From the NCBI GenBank assembly GCA_030265395.1, contig JARFYF010000094.1:92994507-93058506 (forward strand): a stretch of DNA of 64,000 bases, read 5' to 3'. The number at the start of each line of letters is the position of its first letter. The first letter of the stretch is position 1. The notes under the pieces were generated by a model. It ran no database searches. It was not told the origin of the DNA and was given only the letters and a program-made list of their open reading frames with translations. This document shows positions 1 through 13,985 of this stretch, piece after piece. The stretch comes from Rhina ancylostomus (taxonomy: Eukaryota). The position numbers and the translations under genes are program-made.

Positions 1-7
1 TTCTTGA

Positions 8-2260
8 TTTTTTTTTTCAGAAGCTGGCTGTCACAAGAAAAAACAGCATTTATTGCCCATCCTAATTGCCCTTGAGAAGTAGGTGGGTAGCCACCCCCTT
101 GACCCACCTGCTTCTGAAGGTACTCAACAATTGGGTTAGGGAGACAATTCCAAGATTCAGGCTCAGCAATGATGAAGGAACTATGATATGGTGTGGGACC
201 AGGAGGGGAACCTGCAAGTATTGGTTTTCCCTATTGCCCTTGCCCTTCTTGGTAATCAACATTGCAGTTTTGTGAGGTGATGTTGGAGCAACATAGGAAA
301 ATAATTCTCGTACGGTTTGTCATTGGTTCATACTGCAGCCACTGTGGACCGTGGAGGAGGGAAGGACTATTTACACTGGCTGTTCAGGAGCCAATTGAGT
401 GAGCAGATTTGTCCTGGATGGTGTTGAGCTTCTTTAATACTGTTGGACCTGCACTTATCCAGGCAAATACAGGTTATTCCATCACATTCCTGACGAGTAG
501 ATGGTCAAAAGGCTCTGAGGTGTCAAAAGATCAGTACCTCACTGCAGAATATCCAGTTAGGATTCCTGTCAATAGTCACCCCTGGGATGTTGATGGTGGC
601 AGGTTCAGTGATGGTAATGGCATTGAATATCAAGAGTAAGTCAAGAAAATCTCTACTGTTGGAGGTGGCCATTGCCTGGCACCTCTGTGACACAAATGTT
701 ACTTGCCACTGATCAGTTCTTGTCTGAATGTTTCCACGGCTTTGCTGTATGCATGCATGGGCTGCTTCACTTACTGAGGAGATGCAGATGGAATTGAACT
801 CTGTGCAACCATCCATAAATTTTTGACCTTCAAAAAGAAGGAACATCATTGATGAAGTAGCTGAAGATGGTTAGGCCTAGGATATTGCCCTAAGAAACTC
901 TATTAGTGATGTCCTCAGACTGGGNNNNNNNNCCTCCTACAACCGCAACCATTTTCCTCTATGCAAGGCTTGACTCCAACCATTGGAGTGTTTTCCCCTT
1001 AATGTCTATTGACTTCAGTTTTATCTGGGCTCCTCGACATCATACTTAGGCAAAAGCTGCTTTGATAGCCGGGGCTGTCACTCTTACCTCACCTTTGGAA
1101 TTCAGCTCATAAATCTATCTGTGGATCAAGGTTGTGATGAGGCCTGAAACAGAGTGGCCCTGGTGCAACCCAGGTTTGGGCATCGGTGAGCAGGTTATTG
1201 TTGATTAAATGCTGCTGGATGGCACTATTGTTGACACCTTCCATTACTTTGCTGTTGAGTACTGGCAGACTGACTGAGTGGTAATTAATGGATTAGATTT
1301 GTCCTGCTTTTTGTGAACAGCACATGGGCAATTTTCCACACTGTTTGGCAGATTCTGGTGTTGTAACTGTACTGGAACAGCTTGGCTGGAGGTACAGCTG
1401 GTTCTGAGGCACGAGGAGTACAAGATGAGGCATAGAGGTGTACAAGATGATAAGAGGCATAGATCAAGTGGACAGTCAGAGACTTTTTCCCAGAGTGAAA
1501 AATGGCTAACACGGGGGCATAATTTTAAGGTGACTGGAGGAAGGTATAAGGGGCGATGTCAGAAGTTTTTTTACGCAGAGAGTGGTGGGTGCATGGAATA
1601 CACTGTCAGCAGAGGTTATGGGGGAAGATACATTAAGGACATTTAAGAGACTCTCAGATAGACACATGAATGATAGAGAAATGGGGGTCTATGTGGGAGG
1701 GAAGGGTTAGATAGATATTAGAGCAGGGTAAAATGTCAGCACAATATTGTGGGCTAAAAGGCCTGTATTGTGCTGTTATGTTCTATGTCTTCAGTACTAC
1801 ACCTGGGATGTTATCTGGATTAATAGCCTTTGCTATACCCTGTGTTCTCAGCCACTTCACGTGGAGTGGATTGAATTTGCTGGAGACTGACTTCTGCAAT
1901 GTGGGAATCTCAGGACGAAGCCAAGATCGGTTGTCTATTTGGAACTTTCAGCTAAAGATAGCTGCAAATGCTTTAGCCTTAGCTGCAGCACCCACATGCT
2001 GGGATTTGCTATCACTGAGGGCGGTGGTGTTCTTGGAAGCTCCTCCTTGCACCAGCTGTGTGCCCACCACCATTCCCGACTAAGTGTGTGGTAGGATTGC
2101 AGACTGTGATGATCTGTGATCATCTGTGATGATCTTCAATGTGATCTGTCGGTGGCCAAGTTGCTCACATCTGCCTATCGCATCTGGTTGCTTGTCCGTT
2201 GCATCTCTGATGAACAACGTATTCACAGTGCCAGGTTTTCCAGGTTGCCATTGCTGATGT
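8..2260 (-). mobile_element. Decayed CR1-clade LINE (3' part of ORF2 and tail), interrupted at ~1415-1788
   Basis: The minus strand ends in cttctcaagggcaattaggatgggcaataaatgct...poly(A); SREWWW ORF2 remnant in ORF 1935-2123(-). Confidence 0.7.
1415..1788 (+). mobile_element. CR1/HER1-like LINE 3' fragment nested in an older LINE
   Basis: TRGHNFKVTGGRYKG C-terminal ORF2 motif and a tgttatgttctatg tail. Confidence 0.85.
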
Positions 2261-2464
2261 ATGAGACATCCTTAGGAAGAACAGAATTCCAGAATTCTTT
2301 CCTGAACAGCTCTCGCCACTGAGGCCATGTTCATGTTGACCTTGAAGTTCCTTGCCATAGGGACTTTCCAAGAGGTCACAGCAGATTTCTGTCACGTCTT
2401 CCAATTTTCTGCTCATTGTTGCATCATCCAGGGACTGCATTCACAAAGTAATGATATTATTTTC

Positions 2465-3245
2465 TATGGTGCCTGTGAGCCACAGGTGGCATCTTGAGCA
2501 TGGGATTTGCTAAACAGCAAAAACAGCATGCGATAGACAAAGCTAAGCAATCTCACAACTGACAGATCAGGTCGAAGTTCTGCAGTCCTATCAGATTTAG
2601 TTATGAATGGGGTGGCATGAGGAGGAACCTCCAGGAAAATGTCCACTCTCACTGATGGTGTGAGTGCTAGAGACAAGGCCAAAGCATTGACAAGTATGTT
2701 CAGCCAGAAGTTCCAAATGTGATCCACCTCAGCTCGCTCTTGAGATCCACAACACAGAAGCCAAAGCTGTGATAAGGTCTGGATCCAAGCAACCCAAGCT
2801 GTGCATCAGCGAATAGATTACTGGGGAGTACGTGTCTTTTGATCCCACTATCAATGGCAGCTTACATTGCTTTGCTGATGACTTAGAATAGTCCAATTGG
2901 TCAGTAATTATTCCAATTGGATTTGCTCTGCTTTGTGTGCACATGACACGTCTGGGTATTTTTCCAGTNNNNNNNNNNNNNNNNNNNNNNNNNNNNNNNN
3001 NNNNNNNNNAGCTTGGTTGGAGGTACAGCTCGTTCTGGGGCATATATTCAACACTAAAGCTTGGATAGTCTTTGGTGTAACTTTCCCAGGCTATTTTAAT
3101 AGCACTTCCCAAATCCACAACCTACACCACCAAGAAGGATAAGAACAGTAAGTGCATGGGAACACCACCATATGGAGTTTCCCTCCAAGTCACTCACCAT
3201 CCTGCCTTGGAAGTATATCACCAATCCTTCACTGTAACTAAATTT
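2465..3245 (+). mobile_element. Decayed LINE of the same family as 8-2260, opposite orientation
   Basis: ORF 2464-2727(-) (WNFWLNILVNALAL...FLEVPP) parallels ORF 1733-2083(+) (WNFQLKIAANALAL...FLEAPP). Confidence 0.65.
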
Positions 3246-3334
3246 AAATACTGATTTCTCTCCACAAGCAGGCAGCTTCCATCTTCCAGTTCAATCCTGA
3301 CAAAAGCAAGATTTTGGGTTATCTAAAAAAATAA

Positions 3335-4150
3335 CTGAACATAAACAGTAAATGGCGGGGACCTGAGAAGTACTGATGTACAGAGGGACCTAGGGTGCAA
3401 TTTCATAGCTCTCTGAAAGTGCCAACACAGGTGGATAGGGTAGCAAAGAAGGCATTTAGCTTGCTTGCCTTCATAGACATGGGCACTGAGTTTAAGAGCT
3501 GGGACATCATGTTGCAGCTGCCGAAAAACAACAAATTTCATGACATGTCAGTGATACTAAACCTGATTCTGATTCTGAGCTGCACAAGACATTGGTTAGA
3601 CCACACTTGGAATATTGTGTGCAGTTCTGGTCACCACACTATAGAAAGGATGAGGTAGCACTAGAAAGAGTGCAGAAGAGGTTCACCCAGATGTTTTCTG
3701 GAATGGAGAGCTGCAGTTATAAGGAGAGATTGGATAGGCTGGGATTGTTTTCACTGGAGCACAAGAGGTTGAAGTTCCAAATCCTTAAAGAGGCTTATAA
3801 AGTTATAAGGGGCATAGTCAGAGCAGGTAGTCTTTTTCCAGCGGTAAGGGAGTCTAAAACTAGAGAACACAGTTTTAAGGTGAGAGGAAAAATATCGAAA
3901 GGAGATCTAAGGGGCAAGTTTTTCTACACAGAGGGTAGTGGGTATATGGAACAAGCTGCCATAGGAGGTGGTAGAGTCAGGTACAATAACAGCATTTAAA
4001 AAGCATTTGGACAAGTACATGGATAGGAAAAGAATTGAGTTATATAGGTCCAAAGCAGGAAAATGGGGTTAACAGAGATAGGTACTGTATCTTGGTCGAC
4101 ACGGGCAAATCAGACCAAAAGGCTTGTTTCCATGCTGTATGACACTGTAA
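3335..4150 (+). mobile_element. CR1/HER1-like LINE ORF2 3' end, with a 56-bp Rex1-type tail inserted at 3522-3577
   Basis: VRPHLEYCVQFWSPHYRKD...LERVQKRFT...ERLDRLGLFSLE. The insert ends in (ctgatt)n and is flanked by agctgc at 3516-3521 and 3578-3583. Confidence 0.92.
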
Positions 4151-5599
4151 GTCTATAAGTTAAAATTGGACAAAAAATGTTGGTCTTGCAAGTGAAACGC
4201 AGATGCCCAGAAATGAAAGATAAAATAGTATTGAAGGCAGAGGTTGAGAGATAGTTGAATTACAAGGGATAGAGTGCGAACGTGGCACCAGTGCCAAGTT
4301 TGGATCAGCCATGGCCTTATGAATGGCAGAGCAGACAGGAGGGGCTGATTGGTCTACTCCTGCTCCTGGTCCTCGTGTTCGTACTTTGAGCATCATCTGA
4401 GTAGAATGCAGACGAGAATCACAGCCCCTTCCAAAACCCACAGACTTTTTATTCCATTCATTGGAATGGAAGGACATTGGGGGATTGCTGCTTGTATTGG
4501 CAGGCAGTCCACTTGGGCAGAATTTCCTGCACACCCTCTACACAAACAATCCACAGTGCTCAGCTGGTGAAGACAAAAATCTCACCCTAGGGTTTCATTA
4601 CCACATCAACCAATGAGTTTGCTCACTGAGCCAATAGGGAAGTTCCCACCATAAAATGATTCAGTACAGCAGAAGCTCTGATTCATTTTAAATAGTTCTA
4701 TAGTTCTATTATAGGGATCATATCACATGATCAAGTAATCTCAAGGCAACCTTCCTTTTTTTGATAATATTGTTCTGGCACCTTGAAGCAAATACTAATT
4801 GGAAGCTGAAGGCTGAGATAAGCTTAGATTTTGATTTAACAGTTTCCAGAGATATGACATCTGGTATCCCTCTTCCAGGAATCCTCTTTCTCATTTGTGA
4901 TGCAGCGTTGTCACACACAACCCCATAGGAAGAACAGCCCATAACCCACCGATAATGAATGTTCGACAGAGCTCACTGCGACAGTTGGTCTGCCATAGTT
5001 GTTACTTAAAATGATTGCTTTAGTTTGTGCACAATGTGCTTCATGTCTGCTGCCCACCCGTAGCCACTAAAATTGATTTAGTTAGCATGTTCTGACTGAT
5101 TTATGTCTGTTATTGATATTAAATCCACTTTGTCTAGATTGTGTGCTATGACAAACTGGATTGTTGACCCTTCCTGTACCTTGACTTACAGCATCTTCTG
5201 GTGTCCTTACTTCTTATCAGATATATTGATCAAAAGAATTTTCAGAAATCCACATACATGATAAAAAACACAATATTATGCTTCAGAAAAAACATTACAG
5301 GTGAATGTTTAATAGTTAGGAGAATTCAGATTGTGGCTTTGCTTTGTTTATAAAATCCGTGTGCTGACCTTGATTGAAGCTAAAACCAGCAGTGTGAAAA
5401 TGTACGGTATAAATGAAGTAATTACTGTTGTACTCTACAGTTCCTGATCACACAACTTTATAAACTACATAAATCCTGTAATGAAAAATAATTTGACATT
5501 ATAGAAGTGGCTGGTGGGTGTAAGATCTGTCCTTACGTTTCTTCCACCCTGCACTGTGGAGTTTATGCTTCAGTGTCAGCTCCTGCACACGTAAAAAAA

Positions 5600-6000
5600 A
5601 ATGGTGTTTACATAGTGCCTTTCATACCATCAAGATACCCTGAAGCACAGTGTAGCCAATGAAGTAACTTTGAAACTACTGATATTAAGAAACATCACAT
5701 ACAAATTGCTCACAGCAAGGTCTCACAAGCGCTAAAGAGATAACAACCAAATAATTTGTTTTAGATGTTGATTGAGCAATTATCATCAACCAATATACCA
5801 CAAGCAGGAGATTCCTGTTCTTCAGTTAGTTATGTAGGATTTTTGATGTCCATCTGTGTTGACAGGTTTCACCATCCATTTAAAAGATGGTCACTCTGCC
5901 AGGAAACTGTTCCATCAGAACTTCTGTGTTTGGATCTCTGGAGGGTAGAATTGAATACATGACTATCTAACTCAGCAAAAGTAGTACCAACTGACCCCAT
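5600..6000 (-). mobile_element. Old SINE, probably Deu-domain/SacSINE1-like, with an L2-type tail
   Basis: Reverse match to the recalled tail ...gaaaggcactatgtaaac; related tails at ~29330-29445, ~34200-34410 and ~46300-46460. Confidence 0.5.
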
Positions 6001-8798
6001 GTAATATGTACATTGCTGCCTATTGTTTCTGTTAATGATTCTGTGTTAGCTGCTGCACCCTGCCCTGACATCAAAGGAAGAATTGCACTGACAAAAAAGG
6101 AGCACTTTGACACAGGGAGCCTAGAATCTTAATGGGAGGAACACCAAATAACAACTTTTGGGTCTTGTTTGCTTCCACCAAGTACAACAGGCATCTCCCT
6201 GATGGAGAAGATAGAAGACTCACCTCAACTGCCCAGACATAAGGACCACTTGCTCCAAGCTCCTGCTGTCACCCGGGCATTATTCTTGAGTCCAGGCAAA
6301 AGTTTCCCCTTTATCTAACTGTCCATCTTCTTTGGTATTTGTGGATTTTTTGTACAAATTGATTGTTCTATGTTTTGCAGCATGTTGGTAACAACAGTTT
6401 ACAATTATACAGAACAGCAATTATGTTTCAAAAGGCAGTTTATTAAAAGTGAAGTACTTTACACAACTTAAAGGTGTGATAAATGATCACATTGTTAAAT
6501 ATCCCACCTCATTGAAGAGGTGTCTGATGTAGCTCAATGTCATTATCTGAAGTCATGAGGTGAGCAGTAACAATTCTTCACCCACCAGTTATGGGTTATT
6601 ATGCCGACAAATATCCCAGTATCAAAGCCTTTATGCCCATTGTATACCATGAAAATTGTAGCATTGCACCTGTGTCCATTACTGATGTACACTAATGCAT
6701 GGGCATAAAAGCTGGAAACTGCAGACGATTGAAAGGTTTACAACGGATGCTTAAATCTATGGATTCTCCATCATTCTCACTAATGTAGAAGTAATGCACC
6801 AGTCAGCATCTTCTAAGCTCTATAAACAACCATCTGTCACCATTAATTTAATTCTGAAGGTTATGAAGAAATTCACATACTTTGCAAACTTACTATTTAA
6901 TCATGTTCTCAAGAGTGGCTGATGTGAATGAAAAAGGCAAACATGACATTTGATCAGCTCAAAGGTTAAACCAGGAAATAGAATAGAGCTCATTTTGAGA
7001 TTAAAGGGAAAGGTCTAGAAAATCTTCTGCACCTCAAAAAACACAATGCCAAGGTTCTCCAGCCTCCCCACGTAACTAAAATCCCGTATCCCTGGAATCT
7101 CTCCTAAACCGTGCTTGCAAGAAGATATGGATTTTCAGTAATTGGTAAAAAGTTTTCAATTAAAATTGAGGAAAAACATTTAACCAGAGTGTAGTAGGTT
7201 TTGAAATTCATTGTCTGAAAAAGTGTCGGAGGAAGAAGCCTTTGCTGCATTTAAACAGAATTTGGATGTGCATTTGAAGTACCATAAACTAAATGATGGA
7301 AACAATGGGCCAAGTGAACTCCTTCCGCGCTGTGAACTTCATACCATCACAAAGAAGGACAAACTACTGAACAACAAATGTGATGAGTTCTCAAGTGAAG
7401 CAGGTTAACACCCTGCAAGTGAGGGGCCGTCATAGAGAGCTCTGGAGTGGCAAACGTGTTTGAGGAGGTTTTTGAGTCGGGAACAATCTAGCAGTTTTAT
7501 AGCATATTTATGTACTGAGCTTCATTAGCTGACAATATCCCTTTAAGGATCTTTGAAAGGAACTTGTCTGAAGATCAGGTATTGGTGTGATGATGTCATC
7601 ATTACAATGACAAATTCAATAACACAAATTACACTTGACTAGTGATTATCATTTGCCTTGAGTGCTCTCTGCCAGTATCCACTGGGATTACTTTATGTAA
7701 CATAAAATATAATCTCAGTCCCTTTTGGGGTCCTATGTTACATAGTTTTAAACAATTGAGGTTTAAAAACTGAATAATACATTTCCATTGTAAGAATGAG
7801 TACGTATACTACAGTATTGACCAGCTTCAGTTGGAGCTATACTGCTTCCTGCTTTTTGTATAGATGAGTGAATAATTCAATTGTCTTCATAATTTTGAAC
7901 CTGCGGGGGATATGAATGTTGTGTTGCACTTGCACAGAAAGTTCTGTGGCACAAGTCTTCATATGGAATCAGAAGCTTCTAACAGTAAACCATTTTCATT
8001 CAGTCCCCAGGCATTACCCGAGCTTTAGATTGCTTTGGTCTTCCCGTCCTCAGCCTCCTAAGAGATTCAAATGAATGCCAGCATAAGCTCACAGAACATT
8101 TCCTCACATTTTAATTTGACACTTTTTCCTCAATTTCTAACTAGAGCTTTTACTAATTACTTTAAAACCACGTCTTCTTGCAACCATAGTTTTGAACTCA
8201 AATTAGGTTCAACAATATTCAATCCTAACCATTGTTCTCATTTGATTTCAACTGGCATCTATTGGTTGATATTCCCATTTGCACCTCCTCTTTATGCTTG
8301 TCTCATTGCCAACCCTATGTACTTGCAATAATCCTGTCATGTAATTGCTGCTACCATCAACCCCAGCCCAGGGCTTTCATTTCATTCCTTCTTTCGCACT
8401 CCCCTTTCTCTGCCCAGTGATGTCCTGAGAAGAGTAAACAGCTTGTGTTCACCTCTCATCTGTTTGCCTGTGCTTACCCAGAGCAGATCTTTCAGCAGCA
8501 ATTTGGTCCACAAAGCCAGCTCTGATGTAATCGGCGAGGTGTTGTATGGTGCATAAAGACATGCCATGATAGATGGCTGAGCCATGCCTTCAGCTCTCAA
8601 AGAGCTTGAATATTCAAAAGAGCCTTCAAAATTGATTTAAAATTATATATACAGTAAGAAATTTGAAATATTGCTAAAAAATAGAAAACATTTAACACAC
8701 AAGAAAACTCCAACAAAAAAATAATCAATTAGTCAAAGAAAACATAACTTATAATGTACCTCTCTCCCTCGCATTCATTCCTCTCCAATGAAATGAAT

Positions 8799-9074
8799 GG
8801 ACTTGCAGAACTTGCCTCAGGTCTTACCTGATGTAGATTCAGTGAGCAGGTTTCTCAGGATAACTTCCAGGAAACTGCAGGAATTTGGTACTGTGCCACT
8901 GGATTCCTGTGTGGAATCTGGTGTCGGGCTTTTAACCAGAATGAGAGAGACAAAGACCTTTCAAGAAGCTTGGAGCTTGCACATTGCTGCACAACTGCAC
9001 AGGAATCCAATCCTCCTGGTAACTGCATTTCTCAGCAAATTCCAGGCTGTTATCTCGCCTACATTTTCCAGTCC
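8799..9074. mobile_element. Foldback/MITE-like element
   Basis: Nested inverted matches: tggattcctgtg (8900-8911) / cacaggaatcca (8998-9009), ggaatttg / caaattcc, gataac / gttatc, atgtag / ctacat, ggact / agtcc. Confidence 0.5.
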
Positions 9075-9329
9075 TGACTACAGATCATTTACTCTCTACC
9101 CCGGAGAGCTGTGGAAACAGAACCATTGAATATATTTCACATGGAAATTGAGAGACATTTAAACCAAAAGGGACTTAAATGGTGTTGAATGGAGAAAAGG
9201 GAGAGGAGGGAATGGGAGAGAATGAGAAAATGGTATTAGGTCAAGGTCACTGAACTGTAGCATTAATTCTGTTTCTCTCTCCACAGATCCTGTTCCATTT
9301 ATTGTGAAGCAGGAATATTTGATTTTAAG

Positions 9330-10125
9330 GACATGGGACATGGAAGCAGGAGCAGGCTATTCAGTAAATTACCAATATCTGTCTTGAACATACTTAGCAC
9401 CAAGCCTCCATAATCATCTCGTGTAAAGAATTCTAAAAAAGCATCATCTTATGGGAAAAGACATTTTGTCTGAATTTGAAATATGAAGCCCCATATTTTG
9501 AGGCTGTGACCACTGATTATAGATCCCTCAGTTAAAAACATCCTTCCGGTCTCGACCTTGTCAAACCTTGCAAAGAATTTGTTTGTTTCAACATGAGATC
9601 ACCTCTCATTCTTCTAACCTCAAGAGAGTACAAGCCAACCAGTTGGAAAATTTAACTTCAAATAAATAATCTGGAATAAACAAAAAATCATGTATCAGAA
9701 TCAGCGGCATGGAGCATGTTACGCCTATACTCATTGGAGCATAGAAGAATGCAAGGTGATTTTATTGAAACATGTAAGATTCTGAGTGGGATTGACAGCC
9801 TTGATGATGTTTCCCTTTGTGGGGTCTTGAGAACTTGGGAGCATTGAGTTAGAATAAGAGCTTGCCAATTTAAAGTGGACATGCGGAGGAATTTTCTACC
9901 TTCAGGGGGTTGTGAATCTTTGTACTTCTCTGTTGCAGAGAGCTGTGGAAGCAGAGTCATTGAATACATTCAAGGTTGAAACTGAGAGACATTTAAAGTA
10001 CAATAGACTCAAGGGGTGCCAGAAGAGTGCAGGAAAGTGATATTGAGGCCACCATGATCTTATTGGATAGTGGAACAAGCTCAAGGGGTTGATTAGCCTA
10101 TTCCTGCTCCTGTTTCCTATAATCT
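9330..10125. mobile_element. Two CR1 3' fragments: ~9330-9640 (-) and ~9710-10125 (+)
   Basis: tactcattggagcatagaagaatgcaaggtgat and gagatccacctctcattcttctaa motifs; tail tattcctgctcctgtttcctat. Confidence 0.75.
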
Positions 10126-10618
10126 TCCAAATTGTTATTAAGACGCACCAGGTTCATTGAAGTTTTTCAGAGAAGGAAGTCTGCCATCTTTACCCAGTCT
10201 GGTGTATATGGACGTTTAACTGCCTTCTGAATTAACAGCAACGTGGCAATAAATGTTGACCCATTTCTGCAAAGCCCTATTCCATGAATAAATGGATCCA
10301 AAAAAAATTGTGACATCAATACATAAGGAAAATGAGATGGGATTAGTGTAGGGTTAGTGTAAGTAGGCAGCTAATGATCAGCATGGACTTGATGGGCCAA
10401 AGGGCCTGTTTCTATACTGTAGAACTCTATGACATCTTAATTTGCTCTTCTTTCCCACTATATTGACTTCTTATGATTTTCTAAAATAGCTGGTGAAGAA
10501 CATTTAGTTTCTGGCTGCAGATTTCTGGAAACAAAGTTGATGATATTAACTTGACCCTTAGGGACATTCAATTTTGATGGCTGTCTCAGATCATGCGTTC
10601 TACTGGAAGAGTCATTGA

Positions 10619-10936
<318 letters not shown>

Positions 10937-10984
10937 TAAAGGATTGTCAAACCCTATGCTCACCAGGATATGAAGTTAACTAAC

Positions 10985-12150
10985 GTAAAACAGGAAATGC
11001 TAGTAACACTCTGAAGGTCAGGCAACATCTGCAGAAGGTGAAACAGAGTCAAGATTTCAGGTCAAGGATCCTTCGTCAGAACTGGAAAAGTGAGAAAACA
11101 AGCGCGTGTTAGGTTGCAGAGAGGGGAATGGGTGGAAAGAAGAAAAAAAATTAAAGAACTAGTTGGAAATGTCAGATGTAGATCATAGCAGCTGGTTGAA
11201 TTTTGCAACAAAAGACCCAACAAATTAAGGAGCATCCTTGGTCAGAGAAAACCTGAGGCTTTCAGGTTGTTACGAGAACTGGTCAATTCTGACACAAGCA
11301 GAAAAGGCATGTTATCTGGAACTGTTACGTCCAATATTGAGTCCTGAGGGCTGCACTGTGCCTCGAGAGAGGATGAGGTGTTCTTCCTTGAGCTTATAGT
11401 AGGCATCATTGAAGTTATATAAAAGGCTGAAGACAGCAAAGTCAGAGTGGACATGGACTATTTGGGTCCCTGAATGGTGAGAAGAGAAGAAGTAGAAGAG
11501 TAAGTATTGCATCTCCTGTGATTACACTGGAAAGTGTTGTGAGAAGGGGAGTAATTGGAGATGGAAGAGCAAACCAGTGAGGCATGGAGCAAACAGTCCC
11601 AATGGAATGCTGGAAGGGAATCCCATTGTAAGTGGTGGACATTTATGAGGATGATCCATTGAATGTGGAAAAAAGTGAGAACAAGGTGAACCCTCTCCTT
11701 GTTCAGGCAGGGAGGAGAGGGGAAAATGAGGTTAATAGCCCTGTCAATCGTAGTAGATGGGAAGTCACAATTAAGGAAAAAGGAAGACATTTCAAAGGCA
11801 CCGATGTGGAATGTCTTGTCATTAGGACAGGTTTGACAGATAGGGAGAAACTGGGAGCCCCTGCAGAGAGCAAGGGAGCTTTGCATCTTTTTGCATTTTT
11901 GCATCTTTGCATCTCTCTCTTTGTATCTTTTTCTTTACCTCTAACCATCAGCACCAGAAATAATTGTTGCCTAAACAGCCTCATTCTCCATCCTATCATA
12001 GACATTCCCTCTGTTTTTTCCAACCCACCCTCTATCTGCAACTTAAAACATTTTTTTTTCAATTTTCCAGTTCATTGATACGAATCATGGATTCTCTTTC
12101 TCCCTCCACAGATGCTGCCTGCATTACTTATAATTTCTGTTATTTTCTGT
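10985..12150 (-). mobile_element. Penelope-like retroelement remnant (RT thumb/linker and GIY-YIG C-terminus) with an inverted terminal-repeat copy at the other end
   Basis: Minus-strand EMSSFFLNCDFPSTTIDRA...NKERVHLVLTF...CNHRRCNT...TIQGPK and KLKEEHLILSRGTVQPSGLNI; terminal repeat at ~10985-11140 and in inverse orientation at ~12030-12150. Confidence 0.85.
11045..11085 (-). ncRNA. Minimal type I hammerhead ribozyme motif, probably degenerate
   Basis: The minus strand reads cagtt CTGACGA agg atccttga cct GAAA tc TT gact. Both core boxes, stem II and stem I are present; the palindromic CG of stem III is mutated. Confidence 0.6.
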
Positions 12151-13059
12151 TTTTGTCTCAGAATTTAGATTTACTGCTGAAAGTCAAAGAAATGGTTATC
12201 ATTCAGCATCTTTTTAATGCAGGACAAATTTTTACAATTCATCATTTTAATGACGGCAAACTGAGCATATTGACTTTATTTAACACATTCCAAAAATATA
12301 TTTCCAACTCCATGCACCAAATTCATTCACAATAAATCCAAAAATGTATTGTGCAAGTTTCCTATCTCAGAAACTATTAGAAACTATTATCAATGATTAA
12401 TGCTGGATGTCTGATAAATAACATAATCAAGATACAAACTTTTAAAATTCCATGGTAGCTTTTTTCCTTCATTTTTTAAACAAAGTGTATTTACCTCCCT
12501 TGCTGACAATGCTTTTGGATCATTTGCTTGTGTGTGTGGGGGGGGGGGGAGTGGGGGTGAGAGAGAGACACACACACACAGAATTGGAGTATGTGCATCT
12601 CTCCAAAAGAAGGAATTAAAAAAGCAAAATAGGAAGCTGCACTTAAAATTGAAGTAATGTTGCCCCATCTTCCCTGATCCAATCAATTGCCTTTGCTATT
12701 CCATAAAGAGATTTACTACCTATAAAATTCAGACCTGTATGTCTATAAACTCCTTGTTTAGCTGAACTCTAAGGTAACAAAAATAAAGCTATCAAATAAC
12801 ATCCCTCATTAATTCTAGTCGACAGTCAACTAAGACCTACAGCTGCTGCAGTAATTAATTGAAAGTCAGACCACATGGTAAACCCAGTTCTGAAAGGTAC
12901 ACACACACTCATACATTTTACACCTCCTGCCCTTTTCTTTGGCCATCTCAACTATCTTTTAAAACTCTTTCATTTGCTTTGGTTCAATGAATTATTCTAG
13001 TAAGTAGAGGCTTGATGCTTCCTCTGCCTTGGAAAGCAACAGGTTTCCTAGAGAAGTTT

Positions 13060-13800
13060 GAGCTCAAGAGTTTTGCAGCTTGAGTGGCAATGGTGTCACT
13101 GCATTGTCCGTGATGGTGAGTGTTTTATGAATAGCACATTTCTGTTGCGTTAAATCCTCAGTTCAGGGAAGTGCAGGCAGAGTGGGAAGAACAGGCAAGT
13201 ATTTCAGGGGACGCCTGAGGGCAGCTCACTCAATAATCAGTATTTGGCTCTGGATGCTAATGGGCCTGAGCCAAGACTGTGGTACCATGGGTGGTTTAGC
13301 TGTAGAGGGGTGGAGGGAGGAGGAAGGTCAAAAGGATTAATTATAGGAGATTCCGCAGTGAGAGGAGCAAGCAGCCTCAGACTTAATTCCAGTATGGCAT
13401 ATTGCCTCCCTAATGCCAGGGCCAAGGACATCACAAAACAGTGGCAAACCCTTCTGGGGAGGGAAGATAAACAAACAAGAGTTTGTTCTCCATATCATAC
13501 TAATGGCACAGGTAAGATAATGGATGAAGTCCTGCAGCCAGACTTTGAAGAGTCAGGACCTCGATAGCAGTAATTTCTAGATTACTCCGACTGTGATGTG
13601 CTAGCAAATATAGAATCTGGAGAGTATTGCAGATGAATTTGTGGTTGGAGAAATGGTGCAGGAGGGAGGGCTTTAGATTCCACAGACTTTGGGACCAGTT
13701 CTTAGGGAGATGAGACCTATACAAATTGCTTGGAGCTGGAGCCAATGTCCTGGCATGGAGGTTCATCAGTGATGTGGAGAACTGGGCAGTTTGAACTCTT
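13060..13800 (+). mobile_element. CR1 ORF1 remnant (SGNH-esterase-like domain)
   Basis: IIGDSAVRG...YCLPNARAKDIT...HTNG in ORF 13244-13567, followed by a WLEKWCRREGFRF-like segment. Confidence 0.75.
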
Positions 13801-13985
13801 CGGCAGGGGAGTGGGCACCAGTTTTTAGCACTGTAAAGCGGAACAAAGGGGGACAAGCTATTGGGAGTGATCACTCACACTAGAGTTAGAAGTAATGCAG
13901 GATTAGGTAGGACCATACTGTGAAAGAGTATAAGAAGGCCTAAGGCCAGTTTTTGGTCCATTTTGTAAATACATATTAAACAAAA

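Noticed and set aside
4515-4650. Possible MITE (gggcagaatttcc ... ggaagttcccacc)
   Set aside because: Termini are only 9/13 complementary and there is no clear TSD.
8797-9129. 110-aa ORF
   Set aside because: Coincides with a foldback element; no in-phase splice support or known motif.
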